This document shows positions 48,480 through 60,529 of a stretch of DNA of 64,000 bases, piece by piece. Where the stretch lies: the NCBI GenBank assembly GCA_038087875.1, contig JAXLNO010000592.1:1-64000 (forward strand), given 5' to 3'. The notes beneath the pieces are model-generated. The model was given only the letters and a program-made list of their open reading frames with translations, did not search any database and had not been told where the DNA came from. Numbering within the stretch: the first letter of the stretch is position 1; each line of letters opens with the position of its first letter. The DNA is from Malacoraja senta. Taxonomy: Eukaryota. Position numbers and translations under genes: made by a program.

Positions 48480-49095
48480 GCTGAAGTGAAAAAGGTTGAG
48501 AGTTTCTGGTTCCCCTACTGCCTCAGGAGACTAAGGAAATGCGGCATCTCCAATGACTCTTACAAACTTCTACAAATGTGCCATAGAAAGCATACTGACA
48601 GGTTGCATCACAACTTAGTTTGGAAAGAGTTCTGCCCAAGACCGCTGGAAATTGCAGAGAGGTGGAGATGTAGCACAGTCGATCACACAAACATGATTCC
48701 CCACCAGTGAATCCATCTGTATTTCAACTGGTTCAGGAAAGCAGACAACATAATCAAAGATTTGTCCCGTTCTGGTCACTCCTTCTTCTTCCTGCAGAAG
48801 GTACGTAAGCATTAAAGCGTGCACCACCAGACTCAGTAACTGTTTCCTCCCCTATGTTATCAGGTTTCTGAACAGTCCTCCCTTATGCTAGGGTTCACCT
48901 CAACCCCATTGTAGACACTGGACTTTGTCTCTGGCACTGGTACATTACAATGCTGAGAACTACATTCTGCACTCTTTGCTCTACCTATTGTACGAGTTTG
49001 GTTTGATTGTATTTATGAATAGTTTTCTTTGATGTGATTGACTAACGCAAAAAAAGTGTATCAGAGAATCATGTGTCAACAATAAAACTAAAACA
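48480..49095 (+). mobile_element. Rex1/Babar-like LINE 3' fragment
   Basis: YCLRRLRKCGI..TLTNFYKCAIESILTGCIT across a frameshift, with an AATAAA tail. Confidence 0.75.
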
Positions 49096-49150
49096 AAATC
49101 CATCTGTGTCATCACTGGGTGTCTACCCCAGGTCCGCTCACGACACTTAC

Positions 49151-49411
49151 TCGAGATACCATGTTGCTGTTGGTAGACTATCTCAGCATTTCCTCTGACA
49201 ATCCCATGAAAACCTGCAACTGTGATGGCCATTGAATCCCAGTGATCCTGCGGGAAAGACTGGGCCATCCATCGCTGTCTGGCAACAGCCCGCTCTAGTG
49301 TGCTGTCAAAATATGCTATCTGGACGTCATCCAGCATTGCTACCATACTGTACTCAGGCAGCTCATTCAATCCATGGTTCAACAGGTAGTAAAATGCAAG
49401 ATGGTGTAAAT
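49151..49411 (-). CDS. MHC-I-like exon 2, alpha1 domain
   Basis: tgcag| acceptor. (D)LHHLAFYYLLNHGLNELPEYSMVAMLDDVQIAYFDS..QRWM..DHWD..HGIS. |gtaagt donor. 261 bp. Confidence 0.92.
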
Positions 49412-49601
49412 CTGCAATGCATAAACAAAAATAAGTATGATTGTATCATTCACTGAAAATAACTAAGTTATTAATGCTAAAACTGATAACAATACAATAA
49501 CTTTGAATAAGGGAGTCACAAGGACCTGCAGATGCAAGTGCTGGATGAACTCAGTGGGGCAGGCAGCATCAATGATTAGGTGACAATTTGGGTCAGGAGC
49601 C

Positions 49602-49905
49602 TTTAGTTTAGTTTTTAGCTTAGAGATACAGCATGGAAACAGGCCCTTCGTGCGAGTCCACACTGACCAGCAACCCCCACACAATAACACTATCCTACAC
49701 ACACTAGGGACAATTTACATTCTGGACCAAGCCAATTAACCTACAAACCTGTACGTCTTTGGAATGTGGGAAGAATCCGAACATCTCGGGAAAAACCCAC
49801 ACGGTAATGGGGAGAATGGACAAACTCCGTACAGACAGCATCCGTAATCAGGATCCAACCTGGGTCTATGGTGCTGTAATCGAGTAAGTCTACCGCTGCA
49901 CCACT
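49602..49905 (-). mobile_element. HE1-type V-SINE
   Basis: Family match on minus. Confidence 0.85.
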
Positions 49906-52900
49906 GAGCCTTCTTCAAGAGTTGGCATGATGGGCTCTGATACCTACTCCACCAATTATGGTCGAGGTATTGAATGATCCTACTGGATTGTTTCCCATCT
50001 TCAAAGATCTATTATTGTCTATCATGTCGATAGGTTCTACTAGTTACAATATTCCAAAATTTGAAGAATATTTTATTATATTAAGAAACTGGACAATGTC
50101 AAGGAGACTTTATAGAATCATAGAGAGGTAAAGTCAAAGAGTCATACAGCAGGGAATCAGGGCCTATGGCTCAACTTGCCACACCAACCAACATGCCTCA
50201 TCTACACTGCCTGTATTTCATCAGTACATAAGTTCTAGGAGAATAATTAGGCCATTCAGCCCATCGGCCATTCAATCATGGCTGAGCTATCTCTCCCTAT
50301 CAACCACATTCTCCTGCCTGCACCCCATAACCCTTGAAACCCATACTGATCAAGAATCTGTTAATCTCCACCTGAGAAATATCCATTGATGTGGGCTCTA
50401 CAGCTGACTGAGGCCCATATCCTTATAAGCCTATCCTATCCATGTACCTGATTAAATGATTCTTAAATGTCGTGATAGTACGCGCCTGAACTACCTTCTC
50501 CGGCAGTTCATTCAGTACACCCACCACCCTTTGTGTAACAATGCTATGCCTCAGGTTCCTATTAAATCATTCCCCCCTCATCTTAAACTTATGTCCACTG
50601 GGTACAGCACATAAAAGGCCCTTTAGCCCACCAAGTTCGTGGTGACCATCAAACACCTATTTATACCTGTGGTACGCTAACCCTTTTAATATTTGCCAAT
50701 CTCCCATTAACACCTCCCTCATCCCCTCCACCAATTCTAATACATATGCATGACCAATTCACACTGGCCAATTTACCTTTCAGCCCGGCATTTTGGGGAC
50801 TGGAATAACCATAGCAAACACACGTTTGCAGGGGGAAAAAAAAGCCAGGTTGTAAGAGATCAGGATTGAGTCCAGGTCCTCATAGGCAGCTGCAACACAG
50901 CTCATAGAGATGGGGGGGGGGGGGGTGGTGGAGACTGAGATAAACAGGGCCTAAATTGAAACTCGACACAAAATACTGGAGTAACTCAGTGGGTCAGGCA
51001 GCATCTCCGGAGAAAAGGAAAAGGTGACGTTTCGTGTCGAGACCCTTCTTCAGAATGAGAGTCAGGGGACAGAGAACCGAGAGATATGACAAAGTACAAT
51101 GAAATATATGCACCCCCGACTCTGTCTGATGCAGTGTCTTGACCTGAAACTCCACCTATTCCTTTTCTCCAGCGATGCTGCCTGACTTGCTGAGTTACTC
51201 CAGCCTTTTGTATCTATCTTCGGTGTAAACCAGCATCTGCATCAGCAGTCAGAAGAAGGGTCTCGACCCGAAACGTCACCCATACCTTCTCTCTAGGGAT
51301 GCTGCCTGTGCCGCTGAGTTACTCCAGCTTTATTGTCTATCTTCGGTTTAAATCAGCTTCTGCAGTTCCTTCTTACACATCTGCACTTCCTTCCTACACT
51401 TGTGTCAACTGAAACATCACCTAACCATGTTCTCCAGACATACTGCCTGACCTGCTGAATTACTCCAGTATTTTATGTGTATTAACCAGCATGTGCAGTT
51501 TCTTGTTTCCACATGCATAAGCAGTATTTGTTCTGTGATAAAGATTACATGCAGCACACCAGACAGTGTCAAAGTTCATGTGTTTAAGTGAAGTGAGAAG
51601 GGGCCCCGAGGGCAGAGTTAGAAGTGTCTGTTTCAGTGTTACCAGGAGAAACATAAGACGGCTAAGAGTGGAATACAGTAACGATAAAATCCATGTGGCT
51701 TCCCAAAACACTCCACAGCCGAGGATTTTTGTTTTATATGTTATTATTTCAACATGGCCATCACCATTATATGGTTTCGGCCCGAAACGTTGCCTATTTC
51801 CTTCGCTCCATAGATGCTGCTGCACCCGCTGAGTTTCTCCAGCATTTTTGTGTACCTTCGATTTTCCAGCATCTGCAGTTCCTTCTTTAACACCATTATA
51901 TTTACTTTCATTTGATAACAATGGGATGAAACTTTCAGGACGAGTAGGTTTGTAATCTCCAAGCCTTGATGAATGTCAGAATAGTTAGAAAGGTACCATT
52001 GTGTGGGAAGAAATTGCTCATCAGATTCCCATTCAATCTTTCCCCCCTCAATTTAAACCTATGTCCTCTGGTTCTCGATTCTGTAATCTGTTGAATATGT
52101 TGCCCACTTGAAAATTTCCAGATTGAGATTGATAGATTTTTGTTCATTAAGGGTGTAATGGGCTGGAGTTCGGCCACAATGTCTGTGCCGAACATGATGT
52201 CAAGTTCACCTAAACTCTTCATGCTTGTAGATGATTCATATCCCTCAATTCCCTGCATATCCACGTGCCTATCCTCAAGCTTCTTAAATCTCATTATCGT
52301 CTTCTGGGGAAGTGGTGATGGGGTAATGGATAGGGTCTGCAGGACAGGAAGCATGCAACAAACAACAAGATGGCAACAACATTAACACAACATTGATTGG
52401 TCATTTAATGCAGGCTGAATTTTACCATCATGTGGGTGTCTAACACCAGCTGAGGAAATCTTGGAGAGGTGGAACACCTACTAATGCAGAAGTCACTTCT
52501 TTATTGAAAGTGCACATCACCTGAATTCTGTCTGAGGCTTTAGTGCAAGGACAGATTGGACAAACATGGATTGTTTTCTCTTGTATACTGGAGGTTGAAG
52601 GGAGACCTGATGAAAGTGCACAACATGGTGAGAGGCACAGACAGAGTGGACAGCCAGAACCTTTTTCCCAGGGTGGAAATGTTGAAGACCAGAGAACATC
52701 ACTTTAAGGTTGGAGAAGCAATGTTCAAAGGAGATGAGCGGAGCAAGTTGTTTTATGTGGAGGGTGGTGGACATCTGTAACGCGCTGCCAGTGGTGGTTG
52801 TGGTGATGGTGGCAGATATAACAGTTACATTTCAGAGGCTTTTAGATAGGTACATAGATAGGCAGGGAATGGCCGGATACAGATCACATACAGGTAGAGG

Positions 52901-53002
52901 AGATTAGTTTAGTTTGTTCGGCACAGACATTGTGGGCCGAAGGTAGACAAAATGCTGAGGTAACAGCGGGTCAGGCAGCATCTCTGGAGAAAAGGAACGG
53001 GT

Positions 53003-53030
53003 GACGTTTCGGGTCGAGACCCTTCTTCAG
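53003..53030 (-). ncRNA. Minimal hammerhead ribozyme core (consensus-perfect copy) in MHC intron 1, sense to the gene
   Basis: Reverse complement reads CTGAAGAagggtctcgacccGAAACGTC. Confidence 0.7.
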
Positions 53031-53333
53031 ACTGAAGGACTGAAGGACCTGCTCCTGTGCTGTATTGTACTATGTTCTATGTTCATTATTTACATGTATT
53101 CAGTTCTTCTGTTCAATGGATTGCCAAGGTAACCATAGTATATATAACTTCCCACAGGAGCCTTTACAACTAAGGAAAGACCGTTACCCAAAATTATTAA
53201 TACATTCAATTCAATCATTCAATTAATACATCCAAGACAATGAACCCAGGGCAAACACAGGCACTGTGCAACAGTAAATATAATCAGTTTTGTTGTTTCC
53301 TCAAAGTTCACAGGTTGAAGCAGTATTGCTTAC

Positions 53334-53385
53334 CAGAGGAGACAGTGGCCACACCGTAAGTGTTCAGTAAGGTAAAAAGAAGCAT
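53334..53385 (-). CDS. MHC-I-like exon 1, signal peptide MLLFTLLNTYGVATVSS
   Basis: ATG at 53385, 52 bp, g|gtaagc phase-1 donor, class I-like promoter motifs upstream. Confidence 0.75.
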
Positions 53386-53488
53386 GTTTAACAGCCGCCC
53401 ACAGCACTATTTAACCAGCAGAGTAAATGCAGCAACAGTAACATAATCTCTTGTACGTTTTTAACAGAACTCTGGTGTGAAGGTAATT

Positions 53489-53556
53489 ATTGGTCCATGT
53501 ATACACAAACCTGATAACCAGATCCAATGGGAATGAGACCACTTGTTCTCGTCACT
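53489..53556 (-). promoter_or_regulatory. Class I-type promoter: X2/site-alpha-like GTGACG, Y box ATTGG, CCAAT
   Basis: On minus: GTGACG (53555-53550), 21 nt, ATTGG (53528-53524), then CCAAT (53493-53489). TATA-like ttaaata and a GC box lie closer to the ATG. Confidence 0.6.
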
Positions 53557-55177
53557 AATTACCAGTGAATACAGTTTACGGATTGGGTTTTATGGTAGGG
53601 ATTATATTGGTGTTTTAAGGACAACAATTACAAAATCATATTTCACATAGCATCTTACAGCCGAATAGATGTTTCTCAAAGTATAATGATTTTACAATTC
53701 AGAATGCAGTCAATTCCACAAACTGCAGTGTTAGATAAACCAGATAGTCTACTTTACTGTGTAGGAAGGAACTGCAGATGCTTGTTTTACTGTAGGCAGA
53801 TGCAAAAAGCTGGAGTAACTCAGCGGGTCAGGCAGCATTTCTGGGGGAAAGGAATAGGTGACATTTCGGGAAGGGTCTCAACACAAATCGTCACCTTTTC
53901 CTTTTTCCCAGAAGTGCTGCCTGACCTGCTGAGTTACTCCATCTTTTTATAAGCATAGAAAATAGGTGCATGAGGAGGCCCTTCGGCCCTTCGAGCCAGC
54001 ACTGCCATTCATGGTGATCATGGCTGATCGTCCCCAATCAATGCCTGCCTTCTCCCCGTATCCCTTGATTCCACCAGCCTCTAGAGCTCTATCTAACATT
54101 TTTGTGTCTGTCTTTAGTCCACTTTACTGTTATTGCTTAAGTAATAAAAATTGGACAATGCATGTGTAATAATTTCCCAGCCCTTATTTGAGGTAATAGC
54201 ATGCGTCTTTTTTTTCAGCTGGGAGGAGAGACATGAGCTCAGTTTAAAGTTGTGTCTAGGTGTAAATGTGCAGCTCAGTCTCAACATCAGTGCAGAAATC
54301 TCTCATTGAGCCTTCTGTTAATACATGGCCCTTTACACCATGTCCCACTCACCTGAAAACTATGCTCTCCATTACTTTATATTTACACCCTGTGGAAAAG
54401 ATTCTGACTCTCTATCCCATCTATGCCTCTCATAGTTTTATATACTTTTATCAACCTCCAGCATTCTAGCGATTACAATCTAAGTCTGTCCAACCTCTCC
54501 TTCCAGCTAATATCTAATCTGTGCATCATTCTGGCAAACCACCTCTGCACAAATTCCATGCTTCCAAATTCATCCTGCATTGGGGCAACCAGAAATGCCG
54601 ATAATATTCTAAAAGTGGCCTATCTGAAGTTCTATTCTCCGACCAGTCTGACTGTCCCCCTGATTAAAAATTATCTATGTATGCTTCGTTCACACCTACT
54701 CCTGGCTAATAATGATCTATTCTACCTTTTCCTTGAACTACATCTCATTTGATGTCATTCTTTCATACCTTACACTTCCTTATCTCCATGTCTCCCTTTC
54801 CTCTTCAGCCTGAAGGGACTCAACCAGAAATGTCAGCCATTCCTTCTATCCAGAGATGCTGCCTGTCCCACTGAGTTACTCCAGCATTTTGTGTCTATCT
54901 TTGAAGTTCCATAAAGCAGCATATGACTTCCTGACTCTTATACTCAATGCTATGAATAGTGTCTTTACCACTCTGGCTTTCAATTGATTGAAGGCGGAAA
55001 GGAGCCAAAGAATTATATAGCAAAAAATCTCTGTGGTGGGACTGGAACAGAATGTTTTTTTTTAAAGCAAAAAAATCAAGGATATTGTTCAATAAAAAAG
55101 TAAAATATTTATTTTCCCGGTATGGCGGGACTAACATATGATGAAAGAATGGACTGACTGGGCTTATATTCACTGGA

Positions 55178-55575
55178 ATTTAGGATGAGATGGGATCTTA
55201 TAGACGCATATAAAATTCTTAAGGGATTGGACAGTTAGATGCAGGAAAAATGTTCCCGATATTGGGGGGAGTCCAGAAACAGGAGTCACAGTTTACGAGT
55301 AAAGGGTAGGCCATTTAGGAATGAGATGAAGAAAAACGCTTTCACCCAGATAGTTGTGAATCTGTGGAATTCTCTGCCACAGAAGGCAGTGGAGGCCAAT
55401 TCACTCGATGTCTTCAAGAGAGAGTTAGATCTTAGGGCTACAGAATCAAGGGATATGGGGAGAAAGCAGGAACAGGGTATTGATTCTGGATGCTCAGCCA
55501 TGATCATATTGAATGACGGTGCTGGCTTGAAGGCCATAATTTTCTACTCCTGCACCTGCTTTCTCTGTTTCTATA
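55178..55575 (+). mobile_element. CR1 3' fragment
   Basis: GESRNRSHSL..FTQIVVNLWNSLPQKAVEA. Confidence 0.85.
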
Positions 55576-56393
55576 TTGCTGCAGATGGATTGTTAAACGT
55601 CCATTCTTTTAAAAGTTCTGCCCCAGTGACTAAAATGCAACAGGTTGTTCATGCCGAGGAATTTTAAGTTCTTCACCATTCCCACTTCAGCACTCGCACT
55701 TCTACAGTATTGATTCTGACTTCAATGTTTCAATGATTCTTTATTGTCACTTATGCACTGCACAGTGAAATTCTTGCTCCCGTCGCCGTAATTTGGCAGT
55801 ATTTACAAAAGAAAAAGAAAAAGTCCAATGTCCGGTCCGTATGTTGGATTTACTGGAGCGCCCCCGATCCACGTAAGCTCAGTTAAACCCCAGGCTATTG
55901 CCAGGGGGGCCTCCTCCGTCACCCTCGACCAGCTCGGCCAGCCAACAGACGTCCCTCTCCTCGCCCAACTGGCTCTGTGTCCCGGGAGGCAACTCCTCTC
56001 CTGGAGGTAATACCTCAGTCCCTCTCTTAGCGGCCCATTCCTTGCGTCCGTCGGCGGCAGCGGCTCCCTCCTCCACGACTCTCCGGGTTTCGGGGCCAAG
56101 CTCAGCAGCTTCCACCGGGTTGCTCTTCACACCGGCGAACCAAACCTGCCGCCACATATGGCTGCAGGCGACCGGCCGAGTACATCTTCGTTCTCGGCGG
56201 CCGCCTGGTCGATTCGTGTTGGGTTCCGTGGGGCGATCCGTGGTCATTTGCTTCTGCCGCTGCGGTGCATCCCAGAAGCTTATGGCTTGTACACCATCTT
56301 CCTTCCAGCAGTCGATAACTAGCTCCTTCAAATTCACCTTGCTGACATTGAGGGAGAGATTGGAGATTCTGCAATAGAATAGTGAACATATTT

Positions 56394-56705
56394 AGGGGTG
56401 GCACAATGGCGCAGCGGTGGAGCTGCTGTCTTACAGCGCCAGAGACCCGGGTTCGATCCTGACAACGGGTGCTGTCAGTAAGGTGTTTGTACGTTCTCCC
56501 CGTGATCACATGGGATTTCTCCGGGAGCTCTGATTTCCTCCCACACTCCAAAGACATACAGGTTTGTAAGTTATTGTCCTTCGGTAAAAACAATGGTAAA
56601 TTGTCTCACCTGTGTCGGATGGTGCTGGTTTATGGGGCTCGCTGGTCGGCGCGGACTCAGTAGGATGAAGGGACTATTTCAGCGCTGTATCTCTAAAACT
56701 AAACA
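56394..56705 (+). mobile_element. HE1-type V-SINE, full length
   Basis: Box A tggcgcagcggt, box B ggttcgatcc, tail tctctaaaactaaac. Confidence 0.88.
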
Positions 56706-57469
56706 AAATGGTCTGATTTTCTTTTTTGTGTTTTTGGAAGGAATTCTGTCCCTGATTTGTGTATTGGCCTTTATAACTTATTTTTTTAATTCTGATTATA
56801 TGTTAACCATAAATCTCTGTAAGGTGTCCTTGAGACCTCGGTATAAGGCGCCCATAAATAAAATTCATTATTATTCCCCGCACTTCCATGTGCCTATCTG
56901 AAAGTCTCTTAAATCCTACTATCATATCTGCACTACCACCACCCATACAGTGCGTTCCAGCCCCCCCCCCCCGCCCGCCCACTGTATAAAGAAACATGCC
57001 CTCTACTTCTCCATTAAACCTTCCCCTTTTCACTTTCTAGCTCTGGCCTCTAAAGTTGAGCATTTCCAAACTGGTGAAATGGTTCTGACTGTCTACGCCT
57101 CTCATAATCTGGAGCAACAAACAAACTGCTGGAGCCTAGGGGAACTCAGCGGTCGAGCAGCATCTGTGGGGAGGGAGGAAATTATTGACATTCCGGGATG
57201 AGACTCAGCATCAATTTTGTTGTTCCAAATTTGTAATAAAATATCTGTGGACAGCAACCGCCAGATTACTGTCACTTTGACCACAAGAGGGCACCAGATG
57301 CTACAGGGGCAGTGACAACATTGTTATGCACCTCCAGAACAAAGGAGATATTTTACAAAAAGTTTTGCTTCCTGTCAGTTACGCATCAATTGTCGACATT
57401 GTTTAATCCCACTGCAGCATTCACATAATATTTATTAACCACCCTTTTGCAAGCTATAGCTTACACTGA

Positions 57470-57980
57470 AGATAGACACAAAAAGCTGGAGTAACTCACC
57501 TGGTCAGATAGCATCTCTGGAGTAAAGGTGACATTTCGGTTTGAGACCCTTCTTCAGACTGCGGAAAGGGAAGGGAGATATAGACGGTGATGTAGAGAGC
57601 TATAGATCAAATCAATGAAAGATTTGCACAAAAGTAATGATGATAAAGAAAACAGGTCATTGTTAGCTGTTTGTTAGGTGAGAAGGGACTTTGAAGCTGG
57701 TACGACTTGGGTGGGGGAGGGATGGAGAGAGAGGGAATGCAGGGATTACGAAGTCAGAGAACTCAATATTCATACCACTGGTTGTAAGCTGCCCAAGTGA
57801 AATATGAGATGCTGTTCCTCTAATTTGCGTTTGGCCTCACTCTGACAAAAGAGGAGGCCCAGGACTGAAAGGTCAGTGTGGGAATGGGAAGGGGAAGTAA
57901 AGTGTTTGGGAACCGGGAGATCAGGTAGGTCCAGGCGGAATGAGTGAAGGTGTTCAGTGAAACAATCGGCCAGGCTTATA
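57470..57980 (-). mobile_element. Penelope-like 3' end (GIY-YIG C-terminus plus pLTR with degenerate hammerhead)
   Basis: LADCFTEHLHSFRLDLPDLPVPKHFTSPSHSHTDLSVLGLL..KLEEQHLIF. Core at about 57529-57558. Confidence 0.8.
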
Positions 57981-58923
57981 TCAAGGGCTTATTCAAGTTT
58001 TCGTTTTTGGACGGCAGCTTTCTTTTCCAGCTTTCTTCCCCCATACTACAATCAGTGTGAAGAATAGTCCCAACTAAAAATGTTGTCTGTCCATTCCCTC
58101 CACAGATGCTGCCTGACCTCTTGAGTTTCTCCAGCATTCTCTGTTATGCAGTGATAGATCTGTCCCTATCAGTACACACTGCTGTGCCAGGACTAAACTG
58201 TACTCATCAGTACCATCTCCCAGTGCTACACAGTGGCTGATGACCTGTAAAGCACCAACATGCCTTCCTAACTCAGTCCCGTACGAAGCTTTTCAAAAAG
58301 GGGGGTGGCATGACAGGATCACAAAAAGATTGTAATGTGAAATAATGTGCGCGCTGTGCATGATTGTAATGTGAAATAATGTGCGCGCTGTGCACATCAC
58401 GAGCGTGAAGTGTGAAGTCCCTCGATGCCAGGGTCCAGGGGTTTTAGATGCTCTCTGATGCATTCTGAGCCTTATTTTGGAGCATTTTTGCATCAAATTC
58501 ATGACCAATATTTCAGAAATTAACAGGAATCTGAGAGGTAGCTTTTTCACACAAAGGGTGGTGGGTATATGGAACAAGCTGCCAGAGGAGGTAGTTAAGG
58601 CTGGGACTATCCTAATGTTTAAGAGACATTTGGACACGTACATGGATAGGAGAGGTTTACATGGATATGGGCCAGACGCGTGTGAGTGGGACTAGTTTAG
58701 ATGGGACATGTTGGTCGGTGTGGGCAAGTTGGGCTGAAGGGCCTGTTTCCACACTGCATCATTCTATGACTAAAAAGTTAAGAAGAAAAATGCATGTAGA
58801 TAAGTAGAGCAGATTTGAAAGAGGAGTGAAATGTAAAGGTAGAGATAGGTTTATGGGTGGAAAGGAACATAGGAAAGGAGAGGGGAGAGTGGGCTTGGGC
58901 ACATGGCTGAAGGGAAAATAGAC

Positions 58924-59207
58924 ACAAAGTGCTGGAGTAACTCAGCGGGTCAGGCAGCAACTGTGGAGAACATGGATAGGTGACATGTCACAGAGTGCTG
59001 GAGTAACTCAGTGGGTCAGGCAGCATCTCTGGAGAACATGGATAGGTGACATGTCACAGAGCGCTGGAGTAACTCAGTGAGTCAGGCAGCATCTGCGGAG
59101 AACATGGATTGGTGACATTTCACAGAGTGCTGGAGCAAATCACTGGGTCAGGCAGCATCTCTGGAGAAAAGGTATAGATTATATTTCGGGTCAAGACCCT
59201 TCTTCAG
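58924..59207 (-). repeat. Second tandem array of four 66-bp PLE pLTR-derived units
   Basis: Unit starts at 58924, 58990, 59056 and 59122. Same phase as the 15867 array. Confidence 0.88.
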
Positions 59208-59384
59208 TTATATTCATGATGTGACATGCATAGACATTCCTGAATGTTACCCAAACCATCGTGAGCTACTTTGTGACGGTGCTTGCCCTCTCCTATAACG
59301 TCTCTGCTGCCTGGGTGAAGCAGGACAGGACACAAGCTTTGGGACACGGTGTGAAGCTGTTGCCGTCTGTCCCAGCCTGGTAAA

Positions 59385-60240
59385 AACATGGATGGAGTGG
59401 ATGTGGAGAGGATGTTTCCACTAGTGGGAGAGTCTAGGACCAGTGGCCACAGCCTCAGAATTAAAATACATTCCTTTAGGAAGAAGATGAGCAGGAATTT
59501 CTTAAGTCAGAAGGTGGTGAACTGTGGAATTCATTGCCACAGACAGCTGTGGAGGTCAAGTCAATGGACACTTTTCAGGAGGAGATTGATAGATTCTGGA
59601 TTGATACAGGTGTCAGAGGTAATGGGGAGAAGGCAGGAGAATGGGTTTGAGAGGGAAAGATAGATAGTCATAGAGAGATACAGTGTGGAAACAGGCCCTT
59701 CGGCCCAGCATGTCCCATCTACACTAGTCCCTCCTGTCCACATTTGATCCATATCTCTCCGAACATGTCCTATCCATATACCTGTTTAAGTGTTTCTTAA
59801 ATTTTGCGATAGTCCCTGTCTGTACCTCCTCTGGCAGCTTGTTCCATACACCTACCACCCTTTGTGTGAAAAATATACCTGTCAGATTCCTATTAAAGCT
59901 TTAGCCCTTCACCTTGAACTTATGTCCTCTGCTCCCCGATTCACCTACTCTGCGCAAAAGACTCAACCATATCTATTCAAATCATGATTTTATACACCTC
60001 TATTAGATCATCCCTCATCCTCCTGTGCTCCATGAAATAGAGTCCCAGCCTACTCAACCTCTCCCTATAGCTTGGCCCTCTAGTCCTGAGGCAACAACCT
60101 CGTAAATCTTCACTGTACCCTTTCCAGTTTAATGACATCTTTCCTATTACATGGTGCCCAGAACTGAATACAATACTCTAAATGCGGCCTCATCAACTTC
60201 TTATACAACTGCAACATGACCTCCCAACTTCTGTACTCAG
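59385..60240. mobile_element. Two CR1 3' fragments, tail to tail
   Basis: Plus copy at about 59385-59660 (MFPLVGESRTSGH) and minus copy at about 59665-60240. Confidence 0.8.
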
Positions 60241-60529
60241 CCTGACCTCGCAATATTACTCCAGCACTCAGTTACTCCAGCATTCTGTGAAACGTCACAG
60301 AACAGGGCAAGATTAGCAAGTTTGCTGATGATACAGAAGTGAGTGGATTTGCAAATAGTGAAAATGGTTGTGAAAGATTGCAGCAGGATCTCGATCAATT
60401 AGCCAGGTGGGCAGAGGAATGGTTGATGGTTGCATGGTTCCTTGAAGGTTGAGTCGCTGGTATATTAGGTGGTCAAAAAATATTTTGGCACTTTGTCCTT
60501 CATCAGTCAGAGTATTGAGTAAAGAAGCT

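Larger units (their letters stand above)
39774..53385 (-). pseudogene. MHC class I-like (nonclassical) heavy-chain gene, 5 exons, probably inactivated
   Basis: Exons 53385-53334, 49411-49151, 47402-47128, 45923-45651 and 39946-39774. All introns are GT-AG and phase 1. 1-bp frameshift in exon 3 and TAG in exon 4. Confidence 0.9.

Noticed and set aside
58328-58394. 34-bp-period tandem duplication in a possible DNA-transposon fragment
   Set aside because: Only two units and no termini found. Ordinary local duplication.
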